Shown here piece after piece: positions 1 to 12,498 of a stretch of 64,000 nt of DNA. The stretch is from Leucoraja erinacea (Eukaryota): positions 2,108,001 through 2,172,000 of the forward strand of contig NC_073383.1 in the NCBI RefSeq assembly GCF_028641065.1, given 5' to 3'. The first letter of the stretch is position 1. The number at the start of each line of letters is the position of its first letter. The notes under the pieces were generated by a model. That model made no database searches and was not told where the DNA came from. It worked only from the letters and a program-made list of their open reading frames with translations. A program made the position numbers and the translations under genes.

Positions 1-28
1 GTAAAAAATACCATTGTGTTTTTTCTAC

Positions 29-1378
29 AAACATAGAAACATAGAAACATAGAAATTAGGTGCAGGAGTAGGCCATTCGGCCCTTCGAGCCTGCACCGCC
101 ATTTAATATGATCATGGCTGATCATCCAACTCAGTATCCCGTACCTGCCTTTTCTCCATACCCTCTGATCCCCTTGGCCACAAGGGCCACATCTAACTCC
201 CTCTTAAATATAGCCAATGAACTGGCCTCAACTACCCTCTGTGGCAGAGAGTTCCAGAGATTCACCACTCTGTGTGAAAAAAGTTCTCCTCATCTCGGTT
301 TTAAAGGATTTCCCCCTTATCCTTAAGCTGTGACCCCTTGTCCTGGACTTCCCCAACATCGGAAACAATCTTCCTGCATCTAGCCTGTCCAACCCCTTAA
401 GAATTTTGTAAGTTTCTATAAGATCCCCTCTCAATCTCCTAAACTCTAGAGAGTATAAACCAAGTCTATCCAGTCTTTCTTCATAAGACAGTCCTGACAT
501 CCCAGGAATCAGTCTGGTGAACCTTCTCTGCACTCCCTCTATGGCAATAATGTCCTTCCTCAGATTTGGAGACCAAAACTGCACGCAATACTCCAGGTGT
601 GGTCTCACCAAGACCCTATACAACTGCAGTAGAACCTCCCTGCTCCTATACTCAAATCCTCTTGCTATGAAAGCCAACATGCCATTCGCTTTCTTTACTG
701 CCTGCTGCACCTGCATGCCTACCTTCAATGACTGGTGTACCATGACACCCAGGTCTCGCTGCATCACCCCCTTTCCCAATCGGCCACCGTTTAGATAATA
801 ATCTGCTTTCCCGTTTTTGCCACCAAAATGGATAACCTCACTTTTATCCACATTAAACTGCATCTGCCAAACATTTGCCCACTCACCCAGCCTATCCAAG
901 TCACCTTGCAGTCTCCTAGCATCCTCCTCACACCTAACACTGCCCCCCAGCTTAGTGTCATCCGCAAACTTGGAGATATTGCCTTCAATTCCCTCATCCA
1001 GATCATTAATATATATTGTAAATAGCTGGGGTCCCAGTACTGAGCCTTGCGGTACCCCACTAGTCACTGCCTGCCATTGTGAAAAGGACCCGTTTACTCC
1101 TACTCTTTGCTTCCTGTTTGCCAGCCAGTTCTCTATCCACATCAATACTGAACCCCCAATGCCATGTGCTTTAAGTTTGTATACTAATCTCTTATGTGGG
1201 ACCTTGTCGAAAGCCTTCTGGAAGTCCAGATACACCACATCCACTGGTTAAGCCCATCCACGCTACTAGTTACATCCTCGAAAAATTCTATAAGATTCGT
1301 CAGACATGATTTACCTTTCGTAAATCCATGCTGACTTTGTCCAATGATTTCACCACTTTCTTGTGCTGCTACTTTTAA
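29..1378 (-). mobile_element. CR1-clade LINE, 5'-truncated (RT domain, 3' UTR, (TTTCTATG)n tail)
   Basis: ORF 228-1244 has YLDFQKAFDKVPH, GVPQGSVLGP, KFADDTKL and RPHLEYCVQFWSP. The octamer tail is at 30-56. Confidence 0.93.
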
Positions 1379-1379
1379 T

Positions 1380-1823
1380 AACTGACTCATTGGTTGATTA
1401 CGATAACACACTTCCTCCCTCAAAGACTTCGGCAGTGATGTAGTAATAACTGTTACACGGTTTGAAATCACAGAGCTTTGAAATCTTCACGGAATCACTC
1501 ACGTGACTCCGAAGTAAAATAGTAAGATTAAACGAGAACTTACCAGTTTGAAGTTTGATCTGTATTTTATGAGGAGTTACGATGAGGGATTACGTGCCCT
1601 CCGCTCCCACCCTCATTAATATGGGTCAAATTCATAAACTGATGTCTCCTTATCTTTACTATGTTTACTTCAATAACTGTGTCTATCTGTGATTTCACAC
1701 CGCTGCTTTGAAGTATGCCGCGCATGCGTGCTGAGCGGGTTCTTCACGTAATCCCTCATCGTAACTCCTCGTAAAATACAGATCAAACTTCAAACTGGCA
1801 AGTTCTCGTTTAATCTTACTATT
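1380..1823 (+). mobile_element. DIRS retrotransposon 3' fragment (ICR plus right ITR)
   Basis: About 1518-1596 is the reverse complement of 1745-1823, and the block is closely similar to the end of the DIRS at 57680-58034. Confidence 0.85.
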
Positions 1824-2290
1824 TTATACACTTCTCTAAGGTCACCCCTCATCCTCCTGTGCTCCAAGGAATAGAGTCCCAGCCTACTCAACCCTTCCCT
1901 ATATCTCAGACCCTCTAGTTCTGGCAACATCCTCGTGAATCTTCTCTGTATCCTTTCCACCTTGAAATCTTTCCTATACCATGGATCTGAACACTCTGGA
2001 TCTAAATACTCTAAATGCAGCCTCACCAACATCTTATACAACTGTAACATGACCTCCCAAATTCTATACTCAATACACTGACTGATGAAGGCCAATGTGC
2101 CAAAAGCCTTTTTGAGGCAGACCACTAGTCACGGACCTCCAGTCTGAGGGGCAACCTTCCACCATCTCCCTCTGCTACCTTTCATGAAGCCAATTTTCTA
2201 CCCATTCCGCTATCTTTCCTTGTATCCCTTGGGATCTAACCTTCCAGAGCAGCCTACCACGCGGAACATTGTTGAATGCTTCACCTATAT
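1824..2290 (-). mobile_element. Old CR1 LINE fragments
   Basis: Decayed RT C-terminus LQLYKMLVRLHLEY...RRFTRMLPEL...RMRGDL. Confidence 0.75.
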
Positions 2291-3149
2291 TAAATAAACC
2301 AGTATTAATAGTCACAGAGAAGACAGACACAAAATTCTGTAGTATCTCAGCGGGACAGGCAGCATCTCTGGATGGAAGGAATGCGTGCTTCGGGTCGAGA
2401 CCCTTCTTGGGTTTAAACCAGTATCTGCAGTCCTTTCCCACACATAACAGTCACAGCTTTCAGCTCAGCTGTCGGAGAGGCACTCCACAAATGCTCCCAG
2501 CATTTCAGTAATGTCCACATTCTGGAATTTCTCCAAATCTTCATGGTAGCCCATTTAAATTAATTAATTTCTGTGATGTCATTTATTTCCTATGATTAAA
2601 TGCCTCTGTGAAGGTGGTGGTGAGCTGCCATCTTGTATCGCATCAGCCCTTTTGATGAAGATCTATTGGGAGGGGGTTCCAGAAATTCAACCCGTGGTGC
2701 ATTTTGACCATGCATTTACGAGTCAGGGTGTTGTGGGACTTAGAGAGGAACCTGGAGGTCATGAAGTTTGCATGCAGTTGCTTCTTGTTATTTCTGGTCG
2801 CAGAGTTAATGAGGTTATAAGGTGCTGTCGAAGTATTAACTACCGTACAGATAGAACACACTGCAGCTATTGTGCGCAGGTCGTGAAGCTTAGCTGATAG
2901 CTTATGCCACTCAAGGGAATCTATTCATCAAATATAATGCTGAGCCTCTTGTGAGTTACTGGAACACTGCTCCATCACCAACCTGACTTGTGCCTTGTGG
3001 AAGATGGAAAGGCTTTGAGGTGTCAGGAGGTTTAGTTTACTTTAGTTCAAGATCAAGATCAAGAGAGTTTATTGTCATGTTTCCCAGATAGGACAATGAA
3101 ATTCTTGCTTTGCTTCAGCACAACAGGCATGAAGTACAGAACAGAATCA

Positions 3150-4111
3150 AAACCGGCCTCGACTAAAAATAGGTTGCCGTTTTGTCGAAGCCAGTGGAGT
3201 GGGGTTGCTATTTACTTACAGGCAGTCGAAGGCAATCTCCTTCGCTGACTGGCCATTTTGATTGGATAATTGGAGTTTTCAGCAAAGATCCTTTGGGTCT
3301 TTGGGTTTCAGGACCTAGAAGATCCGCCAGAAGGTAAAATGCCCGCTAACTTTATTAAACTTCTTAAAACTGTCTCCACTCCTTCTCCCACCCCCCTTCT
3401 CTCCCTTTCTCTCCCCCTTCTCTCCCCTTTTCCTCCCCTTCTCTCTCCCCTTCTCTCTCCCCTTCTCTCTCCCCTTCTCTCTCTTCTCTCTCCCCTTCTC
3501 TCTCGCCTTCTCTCTCCCCTTCTCTCTCCCCTTCTCTCCCCCTTCTCTGTTCTGTTCTCCTCCTTCTCTCTCCCCTTCTCTTCCCCTTCTCTCTCCCCTC
3601 TCTCCTTCTCTTCCTCTCTCCCCTTCTCTCCCTCCCTCCCGCGCTCTCTAAAGGACTTACCGTGCTCTGTGGCAGCCGTTTACCTTCCTCTTCATCACGC
3701 AGACAGTGCTCCTCCACTGTCCATGGCNNNNNNNNNNNNNNNNNNNNNNNNNNNNNNNNNNNNNNNNNNNNNNNNNNNNNNNNNNNNNNNNNNNNNNNNN
3801 NNNNNNNNNNNNNNNNNNNNNNNNNNNNNNNNNNNNNNNNNNNNNNNNNNNNNNNNNNNNNNNNNNNNNNNNNNNNNNNNNNNNNNNNNNNNNNNNNNNN
3901 NNNNNNNNNNNNNNNNNNNNNNNNNNNNNNNNNNNNNNNNNNNNNNNNNNNNNNNNCCTATAGGACTTTTGGTCAGTAGATGCAGCTCATGCTTCAGTCG
4001 AGGCTTTCCAGGCAAGTGACCAAAACCTCTGGAGACTCATGGAAACTTTGGGTAGGGGGCACAAGGTCACCAGACGTTTCCGTTCAGGTTTCCTAAGTGG
4101 GACAGGGGCAT
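3150..4111. mobile_element. Partial PIF/Harbinger-like MITE with internal CT-rich tract and gap
   Basis: Right end GTGGGACAGGGGCAT (4097-4111) matches the TIRs of the MITEs at 58751 and 59613. No left TIR was found. Confidence 0.5.
3380..3650. repeat. CT-rich low-complexity tract (CCCCTTCTCTCT-like units)
   Basis: Pure polypyrimidine run that produces the spurious SPLL/EREG ORFs. Confidence 0.9.
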
Positions 4112-4344
4112 TAGACACAGGACTAATCAGGACCAGCCACAAATGACCTCAGGCACAGTGGTGACCTGGTGGGCCGATTGCTGGCTAGGGTAGGTGTGAC
4201 CTCAAGAGGGAAACAATGTGGAGAGCTGAGGAACTGGTTTCTACTTCCTTTACTATTGAGTCTACTTCCTCCTGGGGCTGCTTTCACAAACCACCATGTG
4301 CTTCCAAGATTTCCTGTTTCCCTTTGCTTGATGCCCAGGAAGTG

Positions 4345-4470
4345 AAATGAATGTATGATTGAATGAATGCATGGATGAATGAATGAATGCATGAAGGTGG
4401 ATTTAATGAATGAATGAATGAATGAAAAAATTAATTAATTAATTAATTAATTAATGAATTAATGAATGAA
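4345..4470. repeat. (TGAA)n / (TTAA)n microsatellite
   Basis: Visible tetranucleotide tandem repeats. Confidence 0.85.
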
Positions 4471-4720
4471 GGGGAGGTCATTTAATACTGAGGTGAGAAA
4501 AAACATTTTCACCAAGAAAGTGGAGGCCAAATCACTGGATGGATTAAAGAGAGAGTTAGATAGAGCTCTAGGAGCAAGTGGGATCAAGGGATATGGGGAG
4601 AAGGCAGGCACGGGTTATTGATTGGGGATGATCAGCCATGATCAAAATGAATGGCGGTGCTGGTTCGAAGGGCTGAATGGCCTCCTCCTGCACCTATTTT
4701 CTATGTTTCTATGTTTCTAT
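4470..4720 (+). mobile_element. CR1 3' UTR fragment
   Basis: GGGATATGGGGAGAAGGCAGG...GATCAGCCATGATC followed by a (TTTCTATG)n tail. Confidence 0.8.
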
Positions 4721-5646
4721 GAATGAATGAACAAATGACTGAGTTTATTGGCCAAGTATTCACATACAAGGATTTGCCTTTGTGCTCCGCCCACAAGTGA
4801 CAACATGACATACAGTGACAGTTAGGAATGACACATAAGACATTAATAATAAAACATTTCTCAGCTCAAATTGGAAAAAAAGGTTACGCTTGTCACTACT
4901 TAAAGATCAGTTTAGTTTATTGTCATGTGTACAGTGAAAAGCTTTTGTTGCGTGCTAATCAAACAGCAGAAAGACAATACATGATTTCAATCAATCAATT
5001 TAAAGTGTATAGATACATGATTAGTGCAAGGTAAAGCCAGCAAAGTCCAATCAAGGATAGTCCGAGAGTCACCAAAGAAATAGGTAGCAGTTCAGCACTC
5101 TCTCTGGTCATGGTAGGACGATTCAGTTGCCTGATAACAGTTCAGAAGAAACTGTCCCTGAATCTGGAGGTGTGCGTTTTCACACTTCAAAAGCCAAAGA
5201 TGAGGAAAACAAAATATCAAATATGTTGAGACTTTAGCTTTTATTTTCATCAGAGTATCTTAACACTACATATATCTATATTACTAAAAGTAAGACCTTG
5301 ACAACTTCCTGTTTTTCTGTTTCATGACTTTTGAAAAAACGCTGCCACTTACGGCTGTGATTTTTGGCCATCTTACTCAGAGTCCCCCTCCATTGCGCAG
5401 GACAAGAGGATTTATCCCATCGATGAAAAATAATAGAGTTATTAATGTTCTCTCTGCTGCCCCTGCTGGTGGGAGGGGGCAGGGACTATAAAACCCAGAA
5501 GTGTTGTGCCTCACTCGGTCTCTGCAAGATGGAGGAAGCGAGAGGGTCACATCTCTCTGAGCTGTGAATAACACTGACACATGTCTACTCAACTGTGAGT
5601 GCCCTTAATGTGGTTTGAAAATGAAAATGTGGTTGCTTTGCACAGT

Positions 5647-6112
5647 AAATGGTTGTTGGTGGTGGTAACTGCTTTGAAAGGCTGCACTGCAAATGGTTGT
5701 TGGCCATGGTAACTGCTTTGAAAGGCTGCACTGCAAATGGTTGGTGGTGGCGGTGGTAGCTGCTTTGAAAGGCTGCACTGCAAATGGTTGTTGGCGGTGG
5801 TTACTGCTTTGAATGGCTGCATTGCAAATGGTTGTTGGCGGTGGTTACTGCTTTGAAAGGCTGCACTGTAAATGGTTGTTGGCCATGGTAACTGCTTTGA
5901 AAGGCTGCACTGCAAATGGTTGTTGGCGGTGCTAACTGCTTTGAAAGGCTGCACTGCAAATGATTGTTGGCAGTGGTAAGTGCTTTGAAAGGCTGTGCTG
6001 CAAATGGTTGTTGGCGGTGGTAACTGTTTTGAAATGCTGCACTGCAAATGGTTGTTGGTGGTGGTAACTGCTTTGAAATGGAGCACTGCAAATGGTTGTT
6101 GGTGGTGGTAAC
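5647..6112. repeat. Minisatellite, about 44-bp unit, about 10 copies
   Basis: Unit AACTGCTTTGAAAGGCTGCACTGCAAATGGTTGTTGGCGGTGGT. Confidence 0.9.
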
Positions 6113-6499
6113 TTGACAACTTCCTGTTTGCACTCTATATTGGTCTTAGATAAAACGCTACCACTTACGGTCATCTTAGTCCCCCTCCGCTCATCAGGTG
6201 TAGAGGATTCTTCCCATCAATGAAAAATAAAAGTGTTATTAGTGTTTAAAAAAATGTTGAGAATCTCTCCCCTGTCAATCACGCCATGAAGGCCACGCCT
6301 CTTCTAGTGTGAGGGGGGATGGTTTATAAAACCCGGAAGTGTGGGTGTGGCTCAGTCCCTGCAAGATGGCTTAGGGAGAGGTCACAACTCTGAGCTGTGA
6401 ATCAACTGAACACACTGAATGTCTACTGAACTGTGAGTGTGGTGTTTATGTGGGTGGTTTTATGGTGGTTTCACCCTGCTTGTGGTTTTATGGTGGTTT

Positions 6500-6895
6500 C
6501 ACCCTGCTTGAAATGGTAGGAAATTGCATTTGAATTTGGTGGCCTTGCACCCTGCACGAAACGGTATGAAACTGCAATTGAATTTGGTGGACTTGCACCC
6601 TGCTTGAAATGGTATGAATGCACTTCAATTTGGTTGCACCCTGCTTGAAGTGGTATGAAACTGCACTTGAATTTGGTGGCCTTGCACCCTGCTTGAAATG
6701 GCTTTAAACAGCACTAGTGTTTGGTGGACATGCACACTGCTTGAAATGGCATGAAACTGCACTTCAATTTGGTTGGTCTTGCACTCTGCTTGAAGTGGTA
6801 TGAAACTGCAATTGAATTTGGTGGCCTTGCACCCTGCTTGAAATGGTAGGAAACTGCATTTGAATTTGGTGACATTGCACCCTGCTTGAAATTGG
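6500..6895. repeat. Minisatellite, about 48-bp unit, about 8 copies
   Basis: Unit GAAACTGCACTTGAATTTGGTGGCCTTGCACCCTGCTTGAAATGGTAT. About 3 further copies lie at 12520-12660. Confidence 0.9.
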
Positions 6896-8164
6896 AATTT
6901 GAAGGTCAGCTGCTCGCCCACCAGCTGTGAGTGAGCTGCCGGTACATCAGGTTTGAGTGACTGAGCTGTCACCCCAAGAACCATTTGGCCCACAATGTCC
7001 ATACTAGCCCTCTGGAAACCAGTCCCTTCAGCCCTCAATACCCATACTAGTGCTCCAGAAAGCCCCCACCCCCACTGGCCACAAATATTGGAATTGGTGG
7101 AGAGGTGGAATATTGCATTGGAGGACCATCCCTCCCATGTGAACATGGGACCCAACGGNNNNNNNNNNNNNNNNNNNNNNNNNNNNNNNNNNNNNNNNNN
7201 NNNNNNNNNNNNNNNNNNNNNNNNNNNNNNNNNNNNNNNNNNNNNNNNNNNNNNNNNNNNNNNNNNNNNNNNNNNNNNNNNNNNNNNNNGTTTCCAAAAT
7301 CTCTTATTTCAAACAAGAAATCCAACGGTATCTACAGCAAGTACGCAAGTATTGTATAGTCATTTATTAACAGAATACGCATTCATGGGTTGAGTGTATC
7401 TACTTCCTTTGATAAGAACACAAGAAAGTAGAAGCAGGTCGAGGCCATGTTACTTACCATTCAATATGATTGTGGTTGATCTGATCCTGGCCATGTCATA
7501 CTCTGTGCCAAGTCCGTAACGCTCAGAATTTCCCAATCTACCAAACGTTAGACCTCCTCATCTTTAAATAGCTACAACTCTATGGATTTGAGATCTCCAG
7601 GGAGTCACCACCCTTGGCAAGACAAGACATTTCTGACATAACATTACTATGTTTACTAAAGATTAAATCATTCCTGCTATTGATCTTTCTAGTTTCCCGT
7701 CCTCGCCAAAATTCTATAGCACCATATGGTATCACATGGATTTCAATTCAAATCCCACCTTTGACAACTCAGACGCACTCAGGATCACTGGCACTGATTC
7801 AAGCTGGCGTAGGTTTTTTGTTGTATACAAGGGCTCAACTTAAGTGGAATTAGCTATGTTTTGTCAAACGTTATGTGGTTATATTCTTGTGAAGTCACTT
7901 CACGAAATTGTCATAATCACAGAGATCATAAAGTCGAGTCCTCATGATATAAAAATTAGAAATGAATTTCACGAGTGAGGCCACAGAATTACCACAACAA
8001 CACAAGGACAAAGTTTAAGCTTTTACTCATTTAGTATTTTTCAACCTCCCATAAATCATCTCAATGATATCCATTAGCTGGGATCATCTTTGGCAAAACA
8101 ATTGAAATAAGACCCATAGATTATGAATATTGTTCTATTGTGACTTTCTTGGGAACCAAAGCCA

Positions 8165-8935
8165 CCTTTCTATCAAGAGGCCTGTGATACAAAAACAGAG
8201 CTGAGACTCGATAAGGCGTTGGTCCAGCCACATTTGGGATACTGTGAGCAAATTTGGGCCCCATATCTGAGAGAGGATGTGTTGACTCTGGAGGGGGTTC
8301 AGAGGAGGTTTACAAAAAAGATCCCCGGAATGAGTGGGTTAGCATATGATGAGCGTTTGACAGCACTGGACCTGTACTTGCCTGAGCTTAGAAGGTTGAG
8401 GGGGGACCTCATTGAAACTTACAGAATAATGAAAGGCATAGATAGAGTGGACGTGGCAAGGATATTTCCACTGGTGGGAGAATCTACGACCAGAGATCAT
8501 AGCCCCAGAATTAAAGGGAGCTCTTTTAAAAAGTAGGTGAGGAAACATAAAAACATAGAAACATAGAAGATAGATGCAGTAAGCCATTCGGTCCTTCGAG
8601 CAAGCATCGCCATTCAATATGATCCTGGCTGATCATGCAAAATCGATACCCAGTTCCGGCCTTTTCCCCATATCCCTTGATCCCCATAGCCCTAAGAGCT
8701 AAACTACTTCTTTAGTCAGAGGGTAGTTAATCCGTGGAACGCATTGCCACAGTGAGCCGTAGAGGCCAAGTCAGTGAATATTTTTAAGGCAAAGATAAAT
8801 AAATTCTTGATTAGAACGGGTGTCAAGGGTTATGGGAAGGAGGCAGGAAAATTGGATTAGGAGGCAGAGATCAGCCAGGATTGAATGGCAGAGTAGACTC
8901 GATGGGCAGAATGGCCTAATTCTACTCCTACAGCT
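8165..8935 (+). mobile_element. CR1 3' fragment with a nested opposite-strand CR1 3' UTR (about 8544-8705)
   Basis: ORF 8219-8536 reads VQPHLGYCEQIWAP...LRRLRGDLIETYRIMKG. Confidence 0.8.
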
Positions 8936-9047
8936 TGAGAACTTGTGAACTTGTAAATGAATCAAGTAAGCCAATGATGTCATAAAAGGTATTTTATTAC
9001 CTCTAGATATTTCAACAAGATGAAATTATATTTTCAAGAGCAACAAT

Positions 9048-10033
9048 TTAGAAGTCCCTCATGCGCCTGAAAGACCCGATGGAGGAGTTGTATCCGCACC
9101 AGTCATTGTATCTCCTGTACTCCCCGGGTCTCATGAAGTACTGTCGGCCTCTGTAGTTGGGTTGTTCATAGAAGATCCAGTGACCATCCATCACGTGGCA
9201 GGAGTGAATGTCACGGTAACGGAAGCGATCGTAGACGGAGGGACAGTCGTCCATGAATTCCATCGTTTGTCCTCCAAAGTCAGGCCTCTCGTAAATCTTC
9301 ATCCTGTAGTTGCCTCCCTGGTACTGGAATGGAAAGAAGGCAGCTTTAGCCATGATGTTTTAAAGATAGTTTTACCTCTTGTGGAAGGAATGGCTGGAGA
9401 TGGATTATTCACATGTGCAGCAAAGCTGAATCAATTCTTAGATCGGTCATTGACTTCAATGGGAAATAAAATCAGATGCATTTCCATCACTTCACTCGTC
9501 ATCTGACTCAAATAAGTTTCAAATGGCATTGGCGTTGTTTCAAATGACACAAGAGAAAATACGCTCGGTCTTAGGAATCCTGCAATTTACAGCCACCCTG
9601 TGCTGAGCTCCATCTATGGAGCCAAATCATATGCTGAATACAGAAAATTAAATCCCCAGAGAGAAAGAAAACGGAAACTTACATGAGGGTAGCTGCGACA
9701 GGACCTGATGTTGTCGTTGAATCCCATCCAGCGCTGGTAGTCAGGATACTCCCCCCTGTTCAGGACATACTGGTACCCCATGTAGTTTGGTTTCTCGTAC
9801 GCCACCCACCAGTCACTGTCCACACGGATGGAGTTACAGCGGCTGAAGTAAGAGGACAGGTCGGCACAGTCGGTGCTGCACTCATAGTGCCGGCCCTGGA
9901 AGTTCCTGTCCTCGTAGAAGATGATCTGTGGAAAGAAATAGGTTTTTCAGTAAATCATTTCAGAAGCGAGGAATCACACAATGACAAATTCTAATAGTAA
10001 GTAGAAATGCTCAGTTATCTTTACCTTTCCCAT
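9048..10033 (-). CDS. cryg: Gamma-crystallin (gamma-S1-like, elasmobranch type), gene 1; exons 10025-10033, 9683-9925, 9048-9323
   Basis: Spliced product MGK|[53 protein letters not shown]...RSYPH|[29 protein letters not shown]...SFRRMRDF*. Greek-key motifs, GT-AG introns of 99 and 359 nt, 528-nt CDS, AATAAA at 8993-8998 (minus). Confidence 0.95.
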
Positions 10034-10081
10034 TTTCGCCTTGGTAACTGGCCGAATGCTTCACAGCTTTGCATCGCTTGG

Positions 10082-10170
10082 TATTTATGTGCTGGGCAGA
10101 AATCCCTGGCTGAACTTTCCTTTGTTATTGTAATGATACGACTAGAAAATCAGCAAAAGTCAACAAAATG
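10082..10170 (-). promoter_or_regulatory. Gene 1 proximal promoter: CATAAAT TATA variant, SOX-like AACAAAG, half-MARE TTTTGCTGA
   Basis: Minus strand has TTTTGTTGACTTTTGCTGA (10150-10168), CATTACAATAACAAAGG (10119-10135) and CATAAATA about 50 nt above the ATG. The first two motifs recur in gene 4. Confidence 0.6.
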
Positions 10171-10334
10171 CATGTTCTATACATTGTAGAAACCCTACAG
10201 AAGGACACATGATGTGTCATTTGTTCTTTCCCTTTGTGCATTTGTATCATTTTAATTGTGTCTAAATGTTACATCGTCAACTGTGCAGCTTATTCTGCTG
10301 GAACCTCAGAGAAAAGGATTTGGTTTTGCTGATT

Positions 10335-10336
<2 letters not shown>

Positions 10337-10379
<43 letters not shown>

Positions 10380-11040
10380 CTTTATTGTCATTGTCCCAAG
10401 ACAACGAAATTTTGTTGGAGCAGTCCTCCAGCTGCACAGGAATATGAGTATAAAATACGTTTTAAAAAAGAACTTAAAAAACTTAAAAAAGAACTATTAA
10501 AAAAATGAGACTATAAACATATAGGAGTATGGGCGGGTGTGTGAGAGAGAGGGGGGGAATCAGTGTGGGAGGGGGATAGAGTTCAGTAGTGTCACAGCTC
10601 TATGGTAGAAGCTGTTTTTGAGTCTTGTCGTGCGGGTGCTCAGTGTCCTGTATCGTCTTCCTGAGGGCAGGGGGGTGAAGAGGCAGTGTCCAGGGTGTGT
10701 GCTGTCTCTAATGATGCCCTTGACCCTCCAGATGCAGCGGGTCCGGTAGATGTCCTCCAGTCTGGGGAGCTGGGTGCCAGTGATCCTCTCAGCATCTTAA
10801 TGACGCGTTGGAGAGCTTTCCTGTTCTCTGCAGTGCAGCCAGAGTACCATACTGTGATGCAGTATGTGAGAACTGACTCGATAGCTGACCTGTAGAAGCT
10901 CACCAGCAGCTGTTGTGGGAGACGTGCCCTCTTCAAGCACCTCAGGAAGTGAACCCTTTGAAGTCCTTTCTTGGCCGTCGCCGTGATGTTGACGGTCCAG
11001 GTCAGGTCGTGGCTGATGTTGACCCCGAGATTTGAGATGC
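10337..11040 (-). mobile_element. Rex1/Babar-type LINE 3' fragment with (ATT)n tail
   Basis: LGVNISHDLTWTVNI...LQRVHFLRCLKRA...FYRSAIESVLTYCITVWY. The (AAT)n tail is at 10337-10379, just upstream of the gene 1 promoter. Confidence 0.8.
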
Positions 11041-11609
11041 TCTTGAGCAGTCCACGGAATAGCATCTCTGGCACAGAGGATTCCATAGGGCAATGTTGCT
11101 TCCTCTGCAATGGAAGCGCCGGAAGTCCATTACGTTCTGTTTTTTGTTTTTCACCCTTGGAATATCTATACGACAGCTTTTTTACCATCTGACAATTATT
11201 GTCAGGAACGGATCTGAAAAAAATAGAAGCCCTCTTCAAGCACAGACTGCCTTGGACGTGCTTCTTGGCCTCGCACGTGAAAAACATTGACGGTCCAGGT
11301 TAGATGCTCTTGAGCAGTCCACGGAATAGAATCTCTCAGTGGATTCCAAGCATGTTGCTCTGCAATCAGATTCAGATTCAGATTCTATGACAGCTTTTTT
11401 ACCATTGTCATTGTCAGTGTACAGTACAGAGACAACTGTGGATGCTGCATTTAGCAAAAATCTGGAAGAACCCTTGAAGAGCATCTGTGGCAGCACAGGG
11501 TTTAAGTTGACGATTTGGGTCAAGAAGCTACAATCTTCCCTGTTCCCTCCCAGTTCAGATACAAGTTGTTGACTCTGGAAGGAGGAGGAAGGAGATGAGG
11601 GTAAATGTC

Positions 11610-12270
11610 TTTAGTCAGAGGGTGGTGAGTCTGCAAAATGCTTTGCCACAGAAGGCTGAGGAGGCAAAGTTAGTGGATATTTTAAGGCAGAGATAGATAG
11701 GTTCTTGATTAGTACAGGTGTCGGAGGTTATGGGGAGAAGGCAGGAGAATGGGGTTAAGAGGGAGAAATAGATCAGCCATGATTGAATGGCGGAGTAGAC
11801 TTGATGGGCTGAATGGCCTAATTCTACTCCTATCACTTACATAGATACATAAGCAATAGGTGCAGGAGTCAGCCATTAGGCCCTTCAAGTCAGCACCGCC
11901 ATTCAATGTGGTCATGGCTGATCATCCACAATCAGTACCCCGACCTACTTTCTCCCTATATCCCTTGATCCCGTTAGCCATGAGAGCTCTATCTAACTCT
12001 CTTTTGAATGCATCCAGTGAATCGGCCTCCACTGCCTTCTGAGCCAAAGAATTCACAACTCTCTGTGTCAAAAAGTTTTCCATCATCTCAGTTCCAAATG
12101 GCCTACGCCTTATTTTTAAATTGTGACCACTGGTTCTGGACTCACCCAACACCGGGAACATGTTTCCTGCATCTAGGATGTCCAATCCCATAATAATTTT
12201 AATTGTTTCTATAAGATCCCCTCCCCTTCTAAATTCCAGTGAATACAAGCCCAGTCGCTCCACACTTATG
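11610..12270. mobile_element. Two CR1 3' fragments in opposite orientation
   Basis: A plus-strand 3' UTR at 11610-11830 and a minus-strand RT end plus UTR at about 11850-12260 ([19 protein letters not shown]). Confidence 0.75.
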
Positions 12271-12498
12271 ACTTTATGAAATGGCCTCCTAGAGCTTTTG
12301 CCTCCACGGGTGCTGCTTGATCTACTGAGCTCTTTCTGTATTCTGTTTTTAAGGATCAAAATGCTTCGTAGACTTTGTCTGGACAGTCCCTGCATTCCCT
12401 TTCTGTTTCAAAATTAGGATTCACTAAAAGATGCAATAACTAAATCAAAGAGGAAGGGCAGATTCTAGAAAGTAGTAAGAAATTTAAAATGGGATTGG

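Larger units (their letters stand above)
5275..7158 (+). mobile_element. Composite non-autonomous Helitron with internal minisatellites
   Basis: Starts A|TCTATATTACTAAAA and ends with the GGGACCCAACGG hairpin running into a gap. The same 3' region at 12962-12989 ends hairpin-CTAG|T. Confidence 0.7.

Noticed and set aside
3270-4019. 249-aa SPLL-rich ORF and its antisense EREG ORF
   Set aside because: Translation of a CT low-complexity tract plus an N gap.
5589-6174. Repetitive ORFs and a CRISPR-like look of the 44-bp array
   Set aside because: The units are contiguous tandem repeats with no unique spacers and no cas genes, in a eukaryotic Helitron context.
9162-9994. Plus-strand ORFs overlapping crystallin exons (also 22358-22729, 24220-24561, 33557-33859, 35275-35616)
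   Set aside because: Antisense shadows of the real minus-strand exons.
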